A stretch of DNA of 64,000 bases from Trypanosoma brucei. Taxonomy: Eukaryota. The stretch covers positions 1,536,001-1,600,000 of the forward strand of contig CM000208.1 of the NCBI GenBank assembly GCA_000002445.1, read 5' to 3'. This document shows, in pieces, positions 9,797 through 20,363 of the stretch. A program made the position numbers and the translations under genes. The notes under the pieces were generated by a model. It saw only the letters and a list, made by a program, of their open reading frames with translations. It was not told where the DNA came from and did no database searches. The stretch's first letter is position 1. Every line of letters begins with the position of its first letter.

Positions 9797-12700
9797 TTAC
9801 GGTGGTGCATCCACTTTCGACCCCAAGCAGAGAAGTGATAAATATCCATGAGTCGAACCACACACCACTGCCTGGGGATTGCTGGAGTGGCACGCACAGG
9901 AAGAAATGGTATCACCGGTAGCGGGTAATGGGCACTGTACTGACTTCAAAACGTTAAGGTGAAATGCGTGCATAAAGTGAAGAATACCACGGGAATCCTC
10001 CGATGCACTGGTGTTTGTTAGCGGAGCCGTCGAAACAAGAACAGTCTGTTTAGGTGTAGTGCACCACCCGGTAATACGACCGGGGGCGGATACAGAGCGG
10101 AGCAAAACACCATTGATGCTTATCTGATGAATCACGTTATCAATTGTGGACGTAAAAAGAATATTCGGTAAATAGCAATTCGGTTGGATAAGCACACGGT
10201 CGATAGGGAGCTTTGCGGGATGGCGCAGACTGCGCTCCAAACGATTATTCGCCAAGCTATGAAGCATAAGCATGCCATCCCGACTTGCAGTAGCGACAAC
10301 GTCGAGGATGGGGCACACACTTACTGCAGTGGGGTCGTCCTCATGACCGTATACTGTAAACATCAAATCCACGCGCAGCTTCAAGCGGTTGCGCTGGAAG
10401 TGGCAACTCCACACAATAAAAGTCGTGTCCTCCGCACCGCTCACAAGGTATCTGCTGTCCGCACTCGCCGCAACAAGTACCACGCGGCCACAGTGGGCGT
10501 GTAGCCGCTCCTCCTGGAAAGCTGGGGTCGTTAAAAAGTTACGAATGACTATTGTGTTATCAAAAACGCCCCCGAGCGCTACAAACACTTCATTGTCAAG
10601 GAGCAAAACAGCCACATTCCCCGTCTCACAGGGACCACCAGCCTTCTGACCAATGTTCGGTATCATGCCGGGTGGAAGCGGTGGAATTCGCCGCTCAAAA
10701 TCTTCGGCCACGTCGACGATCGGCCGTCGGAAGCCACTGCCGTCCACCGAGCCCTGTGGCACGGGTGCCGCCGGCGCTCCTGAAACGATTCCAAGTAAAT
10801 ATGAGGATGTGTGAGCAACGGCAGCCGCCACAGAAGGGGCAGGGGTCTGATTACTAAAATGGCTTTTAACGTTGCCATCGGCGACAGGACCAACCCTAGG
10901 CGTCGTCAACGTCGGAGTTACCGCGGGGCTCGGCAGTTGCTGCATACGCCTCATCACTGGCGAAACACTAATTCGGTAGAGCAGTGCGGCACCGTTCCCA
11001 CACACCACGAGCACCCGATCATTGTCAAGCACCACCACGCGCGCCACGCGCGTGCACAAGTGGCGAATGTCAACTGCCCTCATGCCAAGCACGCAACTGA
11101 TAGGGTCAGCATATTCCATGGCACGCCGCTCAACATGAGGGCGGGTGAAAAGTTGAATGGGTGTCTGGCCAATGTTATCGAGCGAGTCGATCAGCAGCCG
11201 CTCATCTACATCATCTGTTTGACTCCTGTCTAGATCTTCGTAAGAATGCCAATTAAAGACATTAAGTGCTGCGATGGCCTCCTTGCCCCTTTGTTTGTAT
11301 CCAAATATCAAATCGATCCAATGGTGTAAGTTCAGTGAAACGTAATCACTCTCAAGGGCTTCCCTCATGCGGTAAACAAACTCGTAGGGATCACCATGGG
11401 CCCACGGTGGCAACTCCAGTGAATCTGTGGGTCGGCCGTCTTGTCTGCACCCAAACCGGATTCCATTTGTATTTACACACATTTCGGGCAGGTAGAACAA
11501 CTCTGGAATGAGCTCGCGGACATCCTGCGAGTTCGTCAGCACCCCATTCCAACATGACGCCAAGGAGTGAAACATTCGGTCGGCACAATCAAAGTGCCCA
11601 TCTTGCAGGATAACCTGCAGCGTTGTGAACGGCTCGACGCGGATCATGTAATACAGGACAACTGCTGGAGAGCTGTAATGTGTGAAGTAATGGGCAGGCA
11701 CGTCACCAGTTTGTCGCATTTCTTCATACCGTGTTTCCACGTACTCGCGACTCTGAGGTCCATTGCAAATCCCTATGGGCAACGACAAGTCACGAAACGT
11801 GGAGGATTTCTCCAAATCAAGTCGGTCACTCTTGTAGTCGGCAATCACCCAGGGGAATACGGGGTACTGCGTAAGATCATTCACCGTCCGGCCACCAAAG
11901 AAATTCAACCAGAGAAGGTATTCAAAGTTAGATATCTTGTGTTCGCGCCACTGATTCGTGCGACACATAAGGAGTGGCTCCTTACGTGGGGTCTCATGAA
12001 ACAGGTAGAACGGGTGGTAGGGCACCTTGTGTCGCTCCACCGACATTCTTATGCGGTTTACAGCTGTCCGCATTTCCTTCACGGAAGCAAAATTCAGCAG
12101 CACACTGCGACCATCGCGGAACCACATTTCTACTGCACTACGCCTCATTCGAAACCGCCTCCCTGGCGCAAGCTGAGCGATATGACCAGTGGGATAGATA
12201 ATGTCCCGCGGCTTTACAACTAGCGACGATGCTTCATCAGCAACACGTTGGTTGTATGCTTTATTCTCGTCGTCAAAGAATACGCAAAGCTCACAGTCAC
12301 GAATAATTAGCATGGCACTCCAGCAGTGCATCATAGAAGGCACCTCACATGAAGAGGAGAAGTGCACGATAGGCTTTGGAGTCTGCGCCGTATTGGTCCC
12401 CGTGATGCTGTTCGTATCTTCGTGGCTAACTTGTTTGTCGAGGATTTCATCGCAGTCCACAGAGCTATCAGACGTAAGCAACATCTGTTCACCGCCTCGT
12501 GCACGAGGTAACTGTTTCCCAAAGACCTTGGTGTCACTTACGGGTGCCCCGGCTGCGGTGATGTTGGCGTGATCAGTTCCACAAGGATCAAACTCAAATT
12601 TCCTCCGTATCAGCAATTTCTGTTCGACATCCTGCAAACGCACATACTTCATGTTCCGCTGCTCCCCAGGCCCAACATCCCAAATAGTACCTCTGCAGCG

Positions 12701-15700
12701 GCTGAGAAATCGAGCCCATACTGTATTGAAAAAAACCGTAGCGACCTCCCGAACTGCTAGTGTTGCGAATCGCTCTGCTGACGACTCCACCCCTCCAGCT
12801 GCATCGTCACCTTCTCCCTCCGTGCCATCCTGCAAGTGCTGCTCCAATACCTCAAGCATTGTCCTTCGTGAAATACTAAAGTCAGTCAATATTCCATGCA
12901 ACCGCGCCATCGTCACACTGTGGTATTGTTCAATGGTGCGTGCCATACTCTTGTCTGTGAGTTGGTCGCGTTCCATCGCCAATGTGCACTGGGAAATGAA
13001 CGCCTCGTAGTCTTCGCGAGAGGCGACTTCAACAAACTCCTTCATGGAGTCCTCTCCCGATCTGCCACAGAGCCATTCAAGTGTGCACTGTTTCACGGTT
13101 TGCTCGCCCACGCTGGAAGGCACAGTTCGACTGAAAAACTGCATCTGGTTCAAGTCACGCTTGTGAAGAATACATATGGCCTTCATACGACGCAGTATCT
13201 CCTGGTTCGCATCCGGAAATCGCAAGGAAGGACCCAACAAAGAAAACCTCAGCCGCCGGTTCAGAAGCTCGTGTAGACTTAGAATGAGTGTCATACAACT
13301 GGAAAGTGGAGAATGCTCCTTCACCTCCGACCACTGCCACATCAACAACGCAAAAGGACTGTAGTCGTTGTCGACGACATCAACCCAACGCAGAGCCAAA
13401 GATAATATGTCGTCTAACTGAGCCGCATCACGGAGTGTAAAACCACACACCACACGGAAAAGACGAACAAAGAGCCGAATAAAACCGCCTTTGCGCGGCC
13501 GCAGTCCCTGCGGCACGGCGTCCGACCCAGGGGCGCTACCTCCATTACCGCTACTACTACTAAAACTGTTATTCCACGTTCCAGTTGAGTTTAGAATGGC
13601 TCCGCTCGTCGTCAGCAGCTGCATTGTGCGCACCGCCAGAGCAGCATGCAACCAAACACCATCAGGTGCGGTGCGCAGCAACATCGAGTCACCAGAAAGA
13701 AATGAAACACCGTTTTGTAGCATCTCATCACGTCGGTATTCACTCCCCTCCGGGTAACCCTCGCAAAACTCAAGCTTCAACATTCCTTCATCGGTAAACA
13801 CAACGAGCTCCTCCTCCTCTGAGTAACCACGTTTGCGATGCGCGTCGGCTGGTCGTGTTGCATCACAGTTAATATACGCGGTCGTGGAGTAGAAGAGAAC
13901 GTCTTCAACGACAGAGAGAAATGCAGTGAAATTTGCTAACGCCAGTTGGCTGCCTAGACTTAGACAGCCGCCGGTATTATCATCCCGGCGATTTGTCAAA
14001 TAAGAAGTGTACTCCTTCACAACACCGAGTAGTACGGCATTCAAGAAGACGTTGGCACGTCGGCGGAAGAGATAAGTTATGAGTAATTCCAGCTCGGACG
14101 CACCGTAAGACTCCTGAATAAGCGCCTGAAATATAGTGCGAGAAAATATAAAAGCAGTTGTTGCCATAAAAAGTGACTGTTCACCCCTCCGTGCTTCAAG
14201 TGACTCGGCATCAGAGAGGTACAACTCTGCGATGCTCGCGTACCACCCTTGCACAGAAAGAATGCTCCTCCACGCTACTGAATCCTGCTGTACTAGAGTG
14301 GCAATATCTGTCATGACCTTCTCCTTCATCACCTTGTTGGGAGTTCTCTTCATCAGCAGCAAGAGTGGCGTCAGAACAGGAGCAAAACAAATTTTATCAT
14401 CGGCTGTTATCGTCACATCCTGCTGAAGGGAGACATCGAAGCGGCCAATGAGGGCGGCAAGTAGAGTTGTGTATAAGGAAACGTCCACAGCGCAATCGTT
14501 CAATTTATCGCGTAACCAGGAAAGAGAGATATCACGGGTGACGTGAACAGCCTCGCGTGATGCAAGTAGCGTCGGATTTAACAGTTCCTGTGTCTTCCGT
14601 GAGCGGCTTGCTAGCAAAATGAAGAACAGCACCACCTCATTCCGCACCTCCCGCGGCGAGTTGTTCAAAGCAGGCAAAAGATCTTTGACAAAGTTCCTCT
14701 TTCCCAAGAAGGAGGCTAGGTTAGGCTCCCTGTTTGCAACAAGAACACGTGTGCGCACAAGTATTTCTATAAGCACGTCCCGGTGTAAATCCTGCTTACG
14801 AAGCATCACGCTCACGAGACGTTGAATGGCATCTGCATCATTCATCGTGAGACCACCCTCCATAACAGCCTCCATCAGGAGGAAGAACCCCTCTCGCATC
14901 TCCCGATGATGCTCCGAGGTTCCATTGTACGTCTGCATTATTTGACCAACAACAAAGTGAGGCAGGTCCAAACCGCGCAGGTGACGTCGCGCCGGGGCGT
15001 TATTATGGCAAAGCAAATACTGCACTTGAAGTAACAACAGTTGTGTCGGCTCCGAGCAAACATGGAGGAGATCACCCGATAAAAACAGGGAATGATACGC
15101 CGCGTCGAATAGTGCCTCGTCGCTGACAAGTGCGACACAAATATCATACAAACGCCGTGGAAGCTCAGGACAGTCGTATACAGTAAACTGTTGTACAGCA
15201 TGCGAAATCATCGGAAACAAACCAACTTCCAACACATCAGCACGCACAATGTTACTAAGTAGAAGAGCCTCAACAAACTTCAGTAGCTCATTCATCGCCT
15301 TGCGCGTCGCTTCCGAAGCAGGCCTCCTGCGACCAGGAGGCACACGGCAGTAAAAGGGTAGTTGAGGGTTTACAAGAAGAACGAGTAGCGGAATCACAAC
15401 GGTTTGAAGTGCCCCAAGAACACATACCGAGTCCATGATACTTTTTGTATTACAAGCAACGGTTCCCTCGTACGTGATCAGGGGCCGTTCTGTAGGTTTT
15501 CCACGCAGTAAGGCGGCCAGATTGTGTAATTGTCCACGCTCTCCGAAGCGAGGGTCGACATAGACAGCAATACCAGAGAAAAAACCACGCCTTACGCTTT
15601 CACCACCCGACTTCTCTAAGAACAGCTCCAACACTGACTTTGGGGAGAGGGCACATGTGAAGAAATGCACAGCAGCCACTTGACCAACAAAATTGTTGCT

Positions 15701-18700
15701 AGATGTACGCTGCTCAATATCCTCGCCGCGCGTGCCAACGTGGAAAAACAAGCCTTGCAATTGGGGGTACCTTACGGATGGCTGGGCGCAAACCTCCACA
15801 CCGTTCACAAACACAACAAACTCACTTGCACTGAATGGGAACTTCGATTGACTATGCACAACCGTTAAGTGCGTCCAAACCAGCGCCGCCAGCTGGCAAC
15901 CAAGGTCTACCTCAGTAGCTTTGTTGTGTTCAACATCATAAGATACGGCCAACTGTCCATTACTTTTTACAACCAGTTCTAATATGGTACGTTTCTCAAT
16001 ACTCTGAAGAGAATAAATACATTGCCGAGTCCGTCGACCGCCATGAGTCTCCAACCTTATCCACAGGCACAAAGTGTATGCATCGAGGGGAAAATCTGAA
16101 AGAATGGCCTTGAGGCCAGTTGGTCCGTTGTGCTGACGAAACGCTATGTAATTCTGCTGCGTCGCCTGGCAATTTAGTATGTGACGAGAGGCGGCGCTCA
16201 GCACCTCAATCACAATGGGAACTAGAAATCGTCGTTCTTCCTCGCTCTTTGCGTGTGCAATGCTCATAAGAAACTGCTTTGTCTCCCGAACGGTGACGTG
16301 ATGACCAGCAATGGCCATGACGAGGGACAACACTGAATCAATAAGTGCAGTCCCTGCCACCACTGGGATAAGGGCAGTAAGCGAATCAAACACACCGGCA
16401 TTCGCCACCATCCACAGGGAACTCTGCGACACCATGACATCGGACGAAAGGCGCGTCACAAGACACTGCAGTGCGTCACGGTGATCCTCCTTAAATTCAG
16501 GTAGATCCAGGAAGAGTCTCAATAGAGGCAAAAGTAACTCAGGATTACGCACCGTTAACGTGCCCTCCTCCCCGCCCACAACTGAACGGCGACCATCCAA
16601 ACCATTATCAAACCCACAGGATGGCCCTACACTTCCAACCGCTGCACTAACATGAGCCTCATCATCCTCATACACGAGCAAAAGCATACACCGGATAAAC
16701 TGCAGCCACGATCCGTTATGCGATGTAAACCATGCGGTCTTGAATGACTCCACCAGTTGATCAGCGCCAATGGTGTGAATGAGAACGGCACGCAGTGGTG
16801 GATTCTCCTTAACAAGCATGACAACGGTGTTCATGATACACGAGAGACCGTAAGACGAATCAACAACACGCCACGGTGCGGCTGTCCGGTGGAACAGACG
16901 GAGAAAAGCATCCATTGCGTTTTCCTTACCACCACAGAGGGCGTTCTGCAACTGCCTCATTGACCCCCACTGAAAAATGTCAGATCGAAGCGCACTAAGA
17001 GAGGCCGACATGCAATTCAGCACTGACAAAAACATCTCTTCGTCTTCATTATCTGCCTCACACCCTGACTCCAAACGGGCACATTTATCAAGAGCATCCC
17101 AAGTACACTTAACTAACTGATCCATCCGCTGTGTATATTCTGCATCGGGACAACTGTGTGTGTAAAGTAAAAGAAGCATCCGCTTCGCATTCGGGCGTAT
17201 TTCCTTCACAGAGAGAAGTGAAAAAAAAATATCCACCTCGCCCATTAACACACTGCACTGAACATCCAATCTTTGCAAAAGCCGCAATAACAAATGCAGC
17301 ACTAGCATACTAATTCCATCGCCTGATAGCCTACCGGACGTGTAACATTCCCTCAACAAACCCACAAGTTTCGAAATACCACCACATCTGATGACGGCAG
17401 TTGCGACAGCATCACTATTTGTCCCACACAAAGAGGAATGGAATATCACACATAACTTTAGTAACACATCCGCCAATTCCTCCTGCCGCGCCACTACCCC
17501 TCCCCTGTTTTGCTTTTCGTTATCATCGCCGGCGCCCGCAGCCTCACCTTCCACTGACTCAGTGGGCTGTTCCCCAACTTTTATGCTGCAAAGTAAGTCG
17601 AGAATGAGGCCAACTTCATTCTCGATGGCTGCACCCCCATCACTGCTCTCTGCCTTGGGAGGAAGAGAGTTCAGCCTGTGGTGTAGTAAATACAATACTG
17701 CGTGCTGCAACCGCGGATCTTTCTGGAAAACCCCAAAGACTGGATTAAGAAAAACGACGCGGTAAAAATCCGCGTCTACTAACGATCCTGCGGTATTCAC
17801 CTGCCGCCGCTCTTGCACCGGGGTTTCCATCGGTGCCAGAGAGTTTATGGCGTATTTCATCAACGCATCATACAAACAAGAGGTGGGCGCAAGTGCGTCT
17901 CCGGAATGAAGAAGGGCCTCGAGGAGAGAGAATTCCATTTGCATAAAGTGGCGCGCTGCCTCGAGGTCACGATGCACCTCCGCCGTCCTTCTCACCTCCC
18001 GCTGTGTCTCCAGTAAACCGAGATAGCAATGTAAAAACTCGTCTACAACCGCGTTGTCTGCGAGTCGAGTAAAAGCGGGTCGTTTGAGGCTAACCACACA
18101 ACCGGAATCCAAATGCAAACCGTCGTTACCCGCATCAGCCAAGGTGCGTAGCTCGCGTGCACACTCCTGACCCGCAATGCGGCACCCATCACAGTGCACA
18201 CAATGATATCTAACACTTATTACTTGCAACAACCGCACCACGTTTGCAGAAAAATTCACAGAATTCATAGCCTTAACAACAAGCAACGGGGACTCTCGCA
18301 GCAATCTGGAAAGAAGCAACATGCTACACGAAGCTTGACGCAAGGTTTGCAGCTCTGAATCTCCGGTGCGCTCCACAGCCACAAAATGGGTTAACTCAGC
18401 GCCGATACTGATGAGCGAGTTCCGCACTACAAGCTCACTGGGGTTACGTAGAAGGCTAAGTACAACGAGCGGCAAGTTACAGAGAGCTTCAGATATCGTC
18501 CTCTCTTCTTCCCCTCCCCTTTCGACCGACCCAATAGCTACTTCCGAACAGTGTAAACAAAGTCGACTACACTCCAACAAGATACCATCACGTTTGGTGT
18601 GGGTTCTCAGTGTACTCCCACTGGTGCTTCCCTTTCTTTCTTCGGCTGGGCAAGAACGTTTATGCATCTCCGCGTACAAACTATCCGGCCGCAGACGCAC

Positions 18701-19522
18701 CCACCCCTTCGCTAACTGACTATTCGATATTCCGGTGGCATTGCCCATGTCAGAATAAACGCCCGCTTCACCGGGTGACGGCCGCTTCGAGGGTCCGCAA
18801 CGAACGTACACAACTTTTAAAACCCGCAAAGTGTCGCGCAAGATGGTCAACAATTCACGGTACCGTATTTCAGTTGCCCTCGGAGGTTCGCAGCTGTCAA
18901 AGCATGTTCTCGTAGCAGTAACAACGTCTTCATCACCCCCGCCTTCAGAGTATTCTAGGGGGATGTCATCTGATGGATCCAGGGGTGTGGACACGTTTCC
19001 TGCAGCGCTATCACTCACTTGATGCGAAACCGAACTTCCTCCCATCTTCTCGTCACTTAATGCTTGACGAAGAAACTGAAGGATGTGAAGCATATGCCTA
19101 TCAAACCCTAGCTCGAGCATAAGGAGCCCAACTTTGAGTGGGTTCACTAATAAAGCCGCCTCGAGAACCGGTATAGAGTCTCGTAAAAAATTAATCTTCG
19201 CCGTGTCACCAAGTTTGGTGCATGCATACTCCAAACGCTTCAACATTAGCGACAACATCTTCGCCGGAAGCTGCCTGCATGCGCCATTTGATTGAATCAA
19301 TCTCAGTACCGACAGTTCAAGGCCAGTATCCGATGACAGGGGGTATGGGAAGGATGACTTGGACCCGCTACTAACCAGCCGCTCCAACTCATCCTTCACC
19401 TCTGAGGCCGCAGAATGGTTTAGAAACACTCTGTACTCCGCCTCATGTTCATCTTTGCGTTTGGTATCCCTGCAGGGAGCCATACTTCTCCCCACGACAA
19501 ATGTGTCGAGGAACTTGAACAT
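9797..19522 (-). CDS. Giant BEACH-domain protein (LYST/LRBA/neurobeachin-like) with a ConA-like lectin region, PH-BEACH module and C-terminal WD40 repeats; 3241 aa in a single exon
   Basis: Canonical BEACH signatures 'TQYPVFPWVIADYKSDRLDLEKSSTFRDLSLPIG', 'LIDSLDNIGQTPIQLF' and 'FNWHSYEDL' sit in the C-terminal third, roughly nt 12300-11400. WD-repeat signatures ('SGAEDTTFIVW', 'TASRDGMLMLHSL') follow near the C-terminus. The upstream region resembles the ConA-like/LamG domain of LRBA-type proteins. The track start at 19537 is GTG; the first ATG is at 19522 (MFKFLDTF...). Confidence 0.9.
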   Translation of the reverse strand: MFKFLDTFVVGRSMAPCRDTKRKDEHEAEYRVFLNHSAASEVKDELERLVSSGSKSSFPYPLSSDTGLELSVLRLIQSNGACRQLPAKMLSLMLKRLEYACTKLGDTAKINFLRDSIPVLEAALLVNPLKVGLLMLELGFDRHMLHILQFLRQALSDEKMGGSSVSHQVSDSAAGNVSTPLDPSDDIPLEYSEGGGDEDVVTATRTCFDSCEPPRATEIRYRELLTILRDTLRVLKVVYVRCGPSKRPSPGEAGVYSDMGNATGISNSQLAKGWVRLRPDSLYAEMHKRSCPAEERKGSTSGSTLRTHTKRDGILLECSRLCLHCSEVAIGSVERGGEEERTISEALCNLPLVVLSLLRNPSELVVRNSLISIGAELTHFVAVERTGDSELQTLRQASCSMLLLSRLLRESPLLVVKAMNSVNFSANVVRLLQVISVRYHCVHCDGCRIAGQECARELRTLADAGNDGLHLDSGCVVSLKRPAFTRLADNAVVDEFLHCYLGLLETQREVRRTAEVHRDLEAARHFMQMEFSLLEALLHSGDALAPTSCLYDALMKYAINSLAPMETPVQERRQVNTAGSLVDADFYRVVFLNPVFGVFQKDPRLQHAVLYLLHHRLNSLPPKAESSDGGAAIENEVGLILDLLCSIKVGEQPTESVEGEAAGAGDDNEKQNRGGVVARQEELADVLLKLCVIFHSSLCGTNSDAVATAVIRCGGISKLVGLLRECYTSGRLSGDGISMLVLHLLLRLLQRLDVQCSVLMGEVDIFFSLLSVKEIRPNAKRMLLLLYTHSCPDAEYTQRMDQLVKCTWDALDKCARLESGCEADNEDEEMFLSVLNCMSASLSALRSDIFQWGSMRQLQNALCGGKENAMDAFLRLFHRTAAPWRVVDSSYGLSCIMNTVVMLVKENPPLRAVLIHTIGADQLVESFKTAWFTSHNGSWLQFIRCMLLLVYEDDEAHVSAAVGSVGPSCGFDNGLDGRRSVVGGEEGTLTVRNPELLLPLLRLFLDLPEFKEDHRDALQCLVTRLSSDVMVSQSSLWMVANAGVFDSLTALIPVVAGTALIDSVLSLVMAIAGHHVTVRETKQFLMSIAHAKSEEERRFLVPIVIEVLSAASRHILNCQATQQNYIAFRQHNGPTGLKAILSDFPLDAYTLCLWIRLETHGGRRTRQCIYSLQSIEKRTILELVVKSNGQLAVSYDVEHNKATEVDLGCQLAALVWTHLTVVHSQSKFPFSASEFVVFVNGVEVCAQPSVRYPQLQGLFFHVGTRGEDIEQRTSSNNFVGQVAAVHFFTCALSPKSVLELFLEKSGGESVRRGFFSGIAVYVDPRFGERGQLHNLAALLRGKPTERPLITYEGTVACNTKSIMDSVCVLGALQTVVIPLLVLLVNPQLPFYCRVPPGRRRPASEATRKAMNELLKFVEALLLSNIVRADVLEVGLFPMISHAVQQFTVYDCPELPRRLYDICVALVSDEALFDAAYHSLFLSGDLLHVCSEPTQLLLLQVQYLLCHNNAPARRHLRGLDLPHFVVGQIMQTYNGTSEHHREMREGFFLLMEAVMEGGLTMNDADAIQRLVSVMLRKQDLHRDVLIEILVRTRVLVANREPNLASFLGKRNFVKDLLPALNNSPREVRNEVVLFFILLASRSRKTQELLNPTLLASREAVHVTRDISLSWLRDKLNDCAVDVSLYTTLLAALIGRFDVSLQQDVTITADDKICFAPVLTPLLLLMKRTPNKVMKEKVMTDIATLVQQDSVAWRSILSVQGWYASIAELYLSDAESLEARRGEQSLFMATTAFIFSRTIFQALIQESYGASELELLITYLFRRRANVFLNAVLLGVVKEYTSYLTNRRDDNTGGCLSLGSQLALANFTAFLSVVEDVLFYSTTAYINCDATRPADAHRKRGYSEEEELVVFTDEGMLKLEFCEGYPEGSEYRRDEMLQNGVSFLSGDSMLLRTAPDGVWLHAALAVRTMQLLTTSGAILNSTGTWNNSFSSSSGNGGSAPGSDAVPQGLRPRKGGFIRLFVRLFRVVCGFTLRDAAQLDDILSLALRWVDVVDNDYSPFALLMWQWSEVKEHSPLSSCMTLILSLHELLNRRLRFSLLGPSLRFPDANQEILRRMKAICILHKRDLNQMQFFSRTVPSSVGEQTVKQCTLEWLCGRSGEDSMKEFVEVASREDYEAFISQCTLAMERDQLTDKSMARTIEQYHSVTMARLHGILTDFSISRRTMLEVLEQHLQDGTEGEGDDAAGGVESSAERFATLAVREVATVFFNTVWARFLSRCRGTIWDVGPGEQRNMKYVRLQDVEQKLLIRRKFEFDPCGTDHANITAAGAPVSDTKVFGKQLPRARGGEQMLLTSDSSVDCDEILDKQVSHEDTNSITGTNTAQTPKPIVHFSSSCEVPSMMHCWSAMLIIRDCELCVFFDDENKAYNQRVADEASSLVVKPRDIIYPTGHIAQLAPGRRFRMRRSAVEMWFRDGRSVLLNFASVKEMRTAVNRIRMSVERHKVPYHPFYLFHETPRKEPLLMCRTNQWREHKISNFEYLLWLNFFGGRTVNDLTQYPVFPWVIADYKSDRLDLEKSSTFRDLSLPIGICNGPQSREYVETRYEEMRQTGDVPAHYFTHYSSPAVVLYYMIRVEPFTTLQVILQDGHFDCADRMFHSLASCWNGVLTNSQDVRELIPELFYLPEMCVNTNGIRFGCRQDGRPTDSLELPPWAHGDPYEFVYRMREALESDYVSLNLHHWIDLIFGYKQRGKEAIAALNVFNWHSYEDLDRSQTDDVDERLLIDSLDNIGQTPIQLFTRPHVERRAMEYADPISCVLGMRAVDIRHLCTRVARVVVLDNDRVLVVCGNGAALLYRISVSPVMRRMQQLPSPAVTPTLTTPRVGPVADGNVKSHFSNQTPAPSVAAAVAHTSSYLLGIVSGAPAAPVPQGSVDGSGFRRPIVDVAEDFERRIPPLPPGMIPNIGQKAGGPCETGNVAVLLLDNEVFVALGGVFDNTIVIRNFLTTPAFQEERLHAHCGRVVLVAASADSRYLVSGAEDTTFIVWSCHFQRNRLKLRVDLMFTVYGHEDDPTAVSVCPILDVVATASRDGMLMLHSLANNRLERSLRHPAKLPIDRVLIQPNCYLPNILFTSTIDNVIHQISINGVLLRSVSAPGRITGWCTTPKQTVLVSTAPLTNTSASEDSRGILHFMHAFHLNVLKSVQCPLPATGDTISSCACHSSNPQAVVCGSTHGYLSLLCLGSKVDAPP

Positions 19523-20363
19523 CCTCCAGTCAAACACTAAATGAAACTAAGACAGTCAGACTGTGCACCGACAACGAAACCACTAAATTTTTCCCGTACC
19601 TCTCCCTTTCTGGTACAGTTCCCCCTCCCACCGCGATATACGCAATAATACTTGTACTTGCTTACCTCCTACCTATGGTTTCTTTCACACCGCCTTCCCT
19701 TCTTCCACTCTCGCGAAGGTGCGTGTATGCTGCCTTTCCTTTATTATTATTATTATTTGTTCTTTCGCACTCCTTCTCGCTAAGTGTGTTTGAGCAAGGG
19801 TGACCACTCCGTCTCCAGTCACCTTAACCGCATACACAGAGCGCCTTTTGAAGCGGGCAAACAGAAGCCAAGAAAGTAAATTTGGAATAAAGGGAGGAAA
19901 ACTTAAAACATACTCGGGAACAAATCCGCAGGAAGCAGGGTGAAACAGTAGGAAACACAGAAAGGACAAAGAAAGTGTAACACATCAAAAGAAGGAGAAA
20001 CGCCGCCAACAAAGCAGAAACAACATAATTTTCCGCACGCGGAGAGGCGAGGAATAGCGCCAAAATAATGGCAGTGGCTAGTTGCCGCTCAACATGCCAC
20101 ACTTTGATGGCACAGTTCACAATAGTGAAGTTGAGACGTGCACGCAAAAAAATTACAAGCGACGGCACCAATCAGTGAGCGTCACTTTCTGCTCGCACCA
20201 GCACCCCCCCCCACCGCCAACCTTGTACCACGCGCATACACATAGTGAATACAACACAAAGTGGCACTTCCACATATGCGAATGAGAGCGCGGCTTCGAA
20301 GTAGTCACCGATGAAAAGAAAGAAAGAACAACCGCGAAGACTCCCATTCCCGAGATATTGGTG

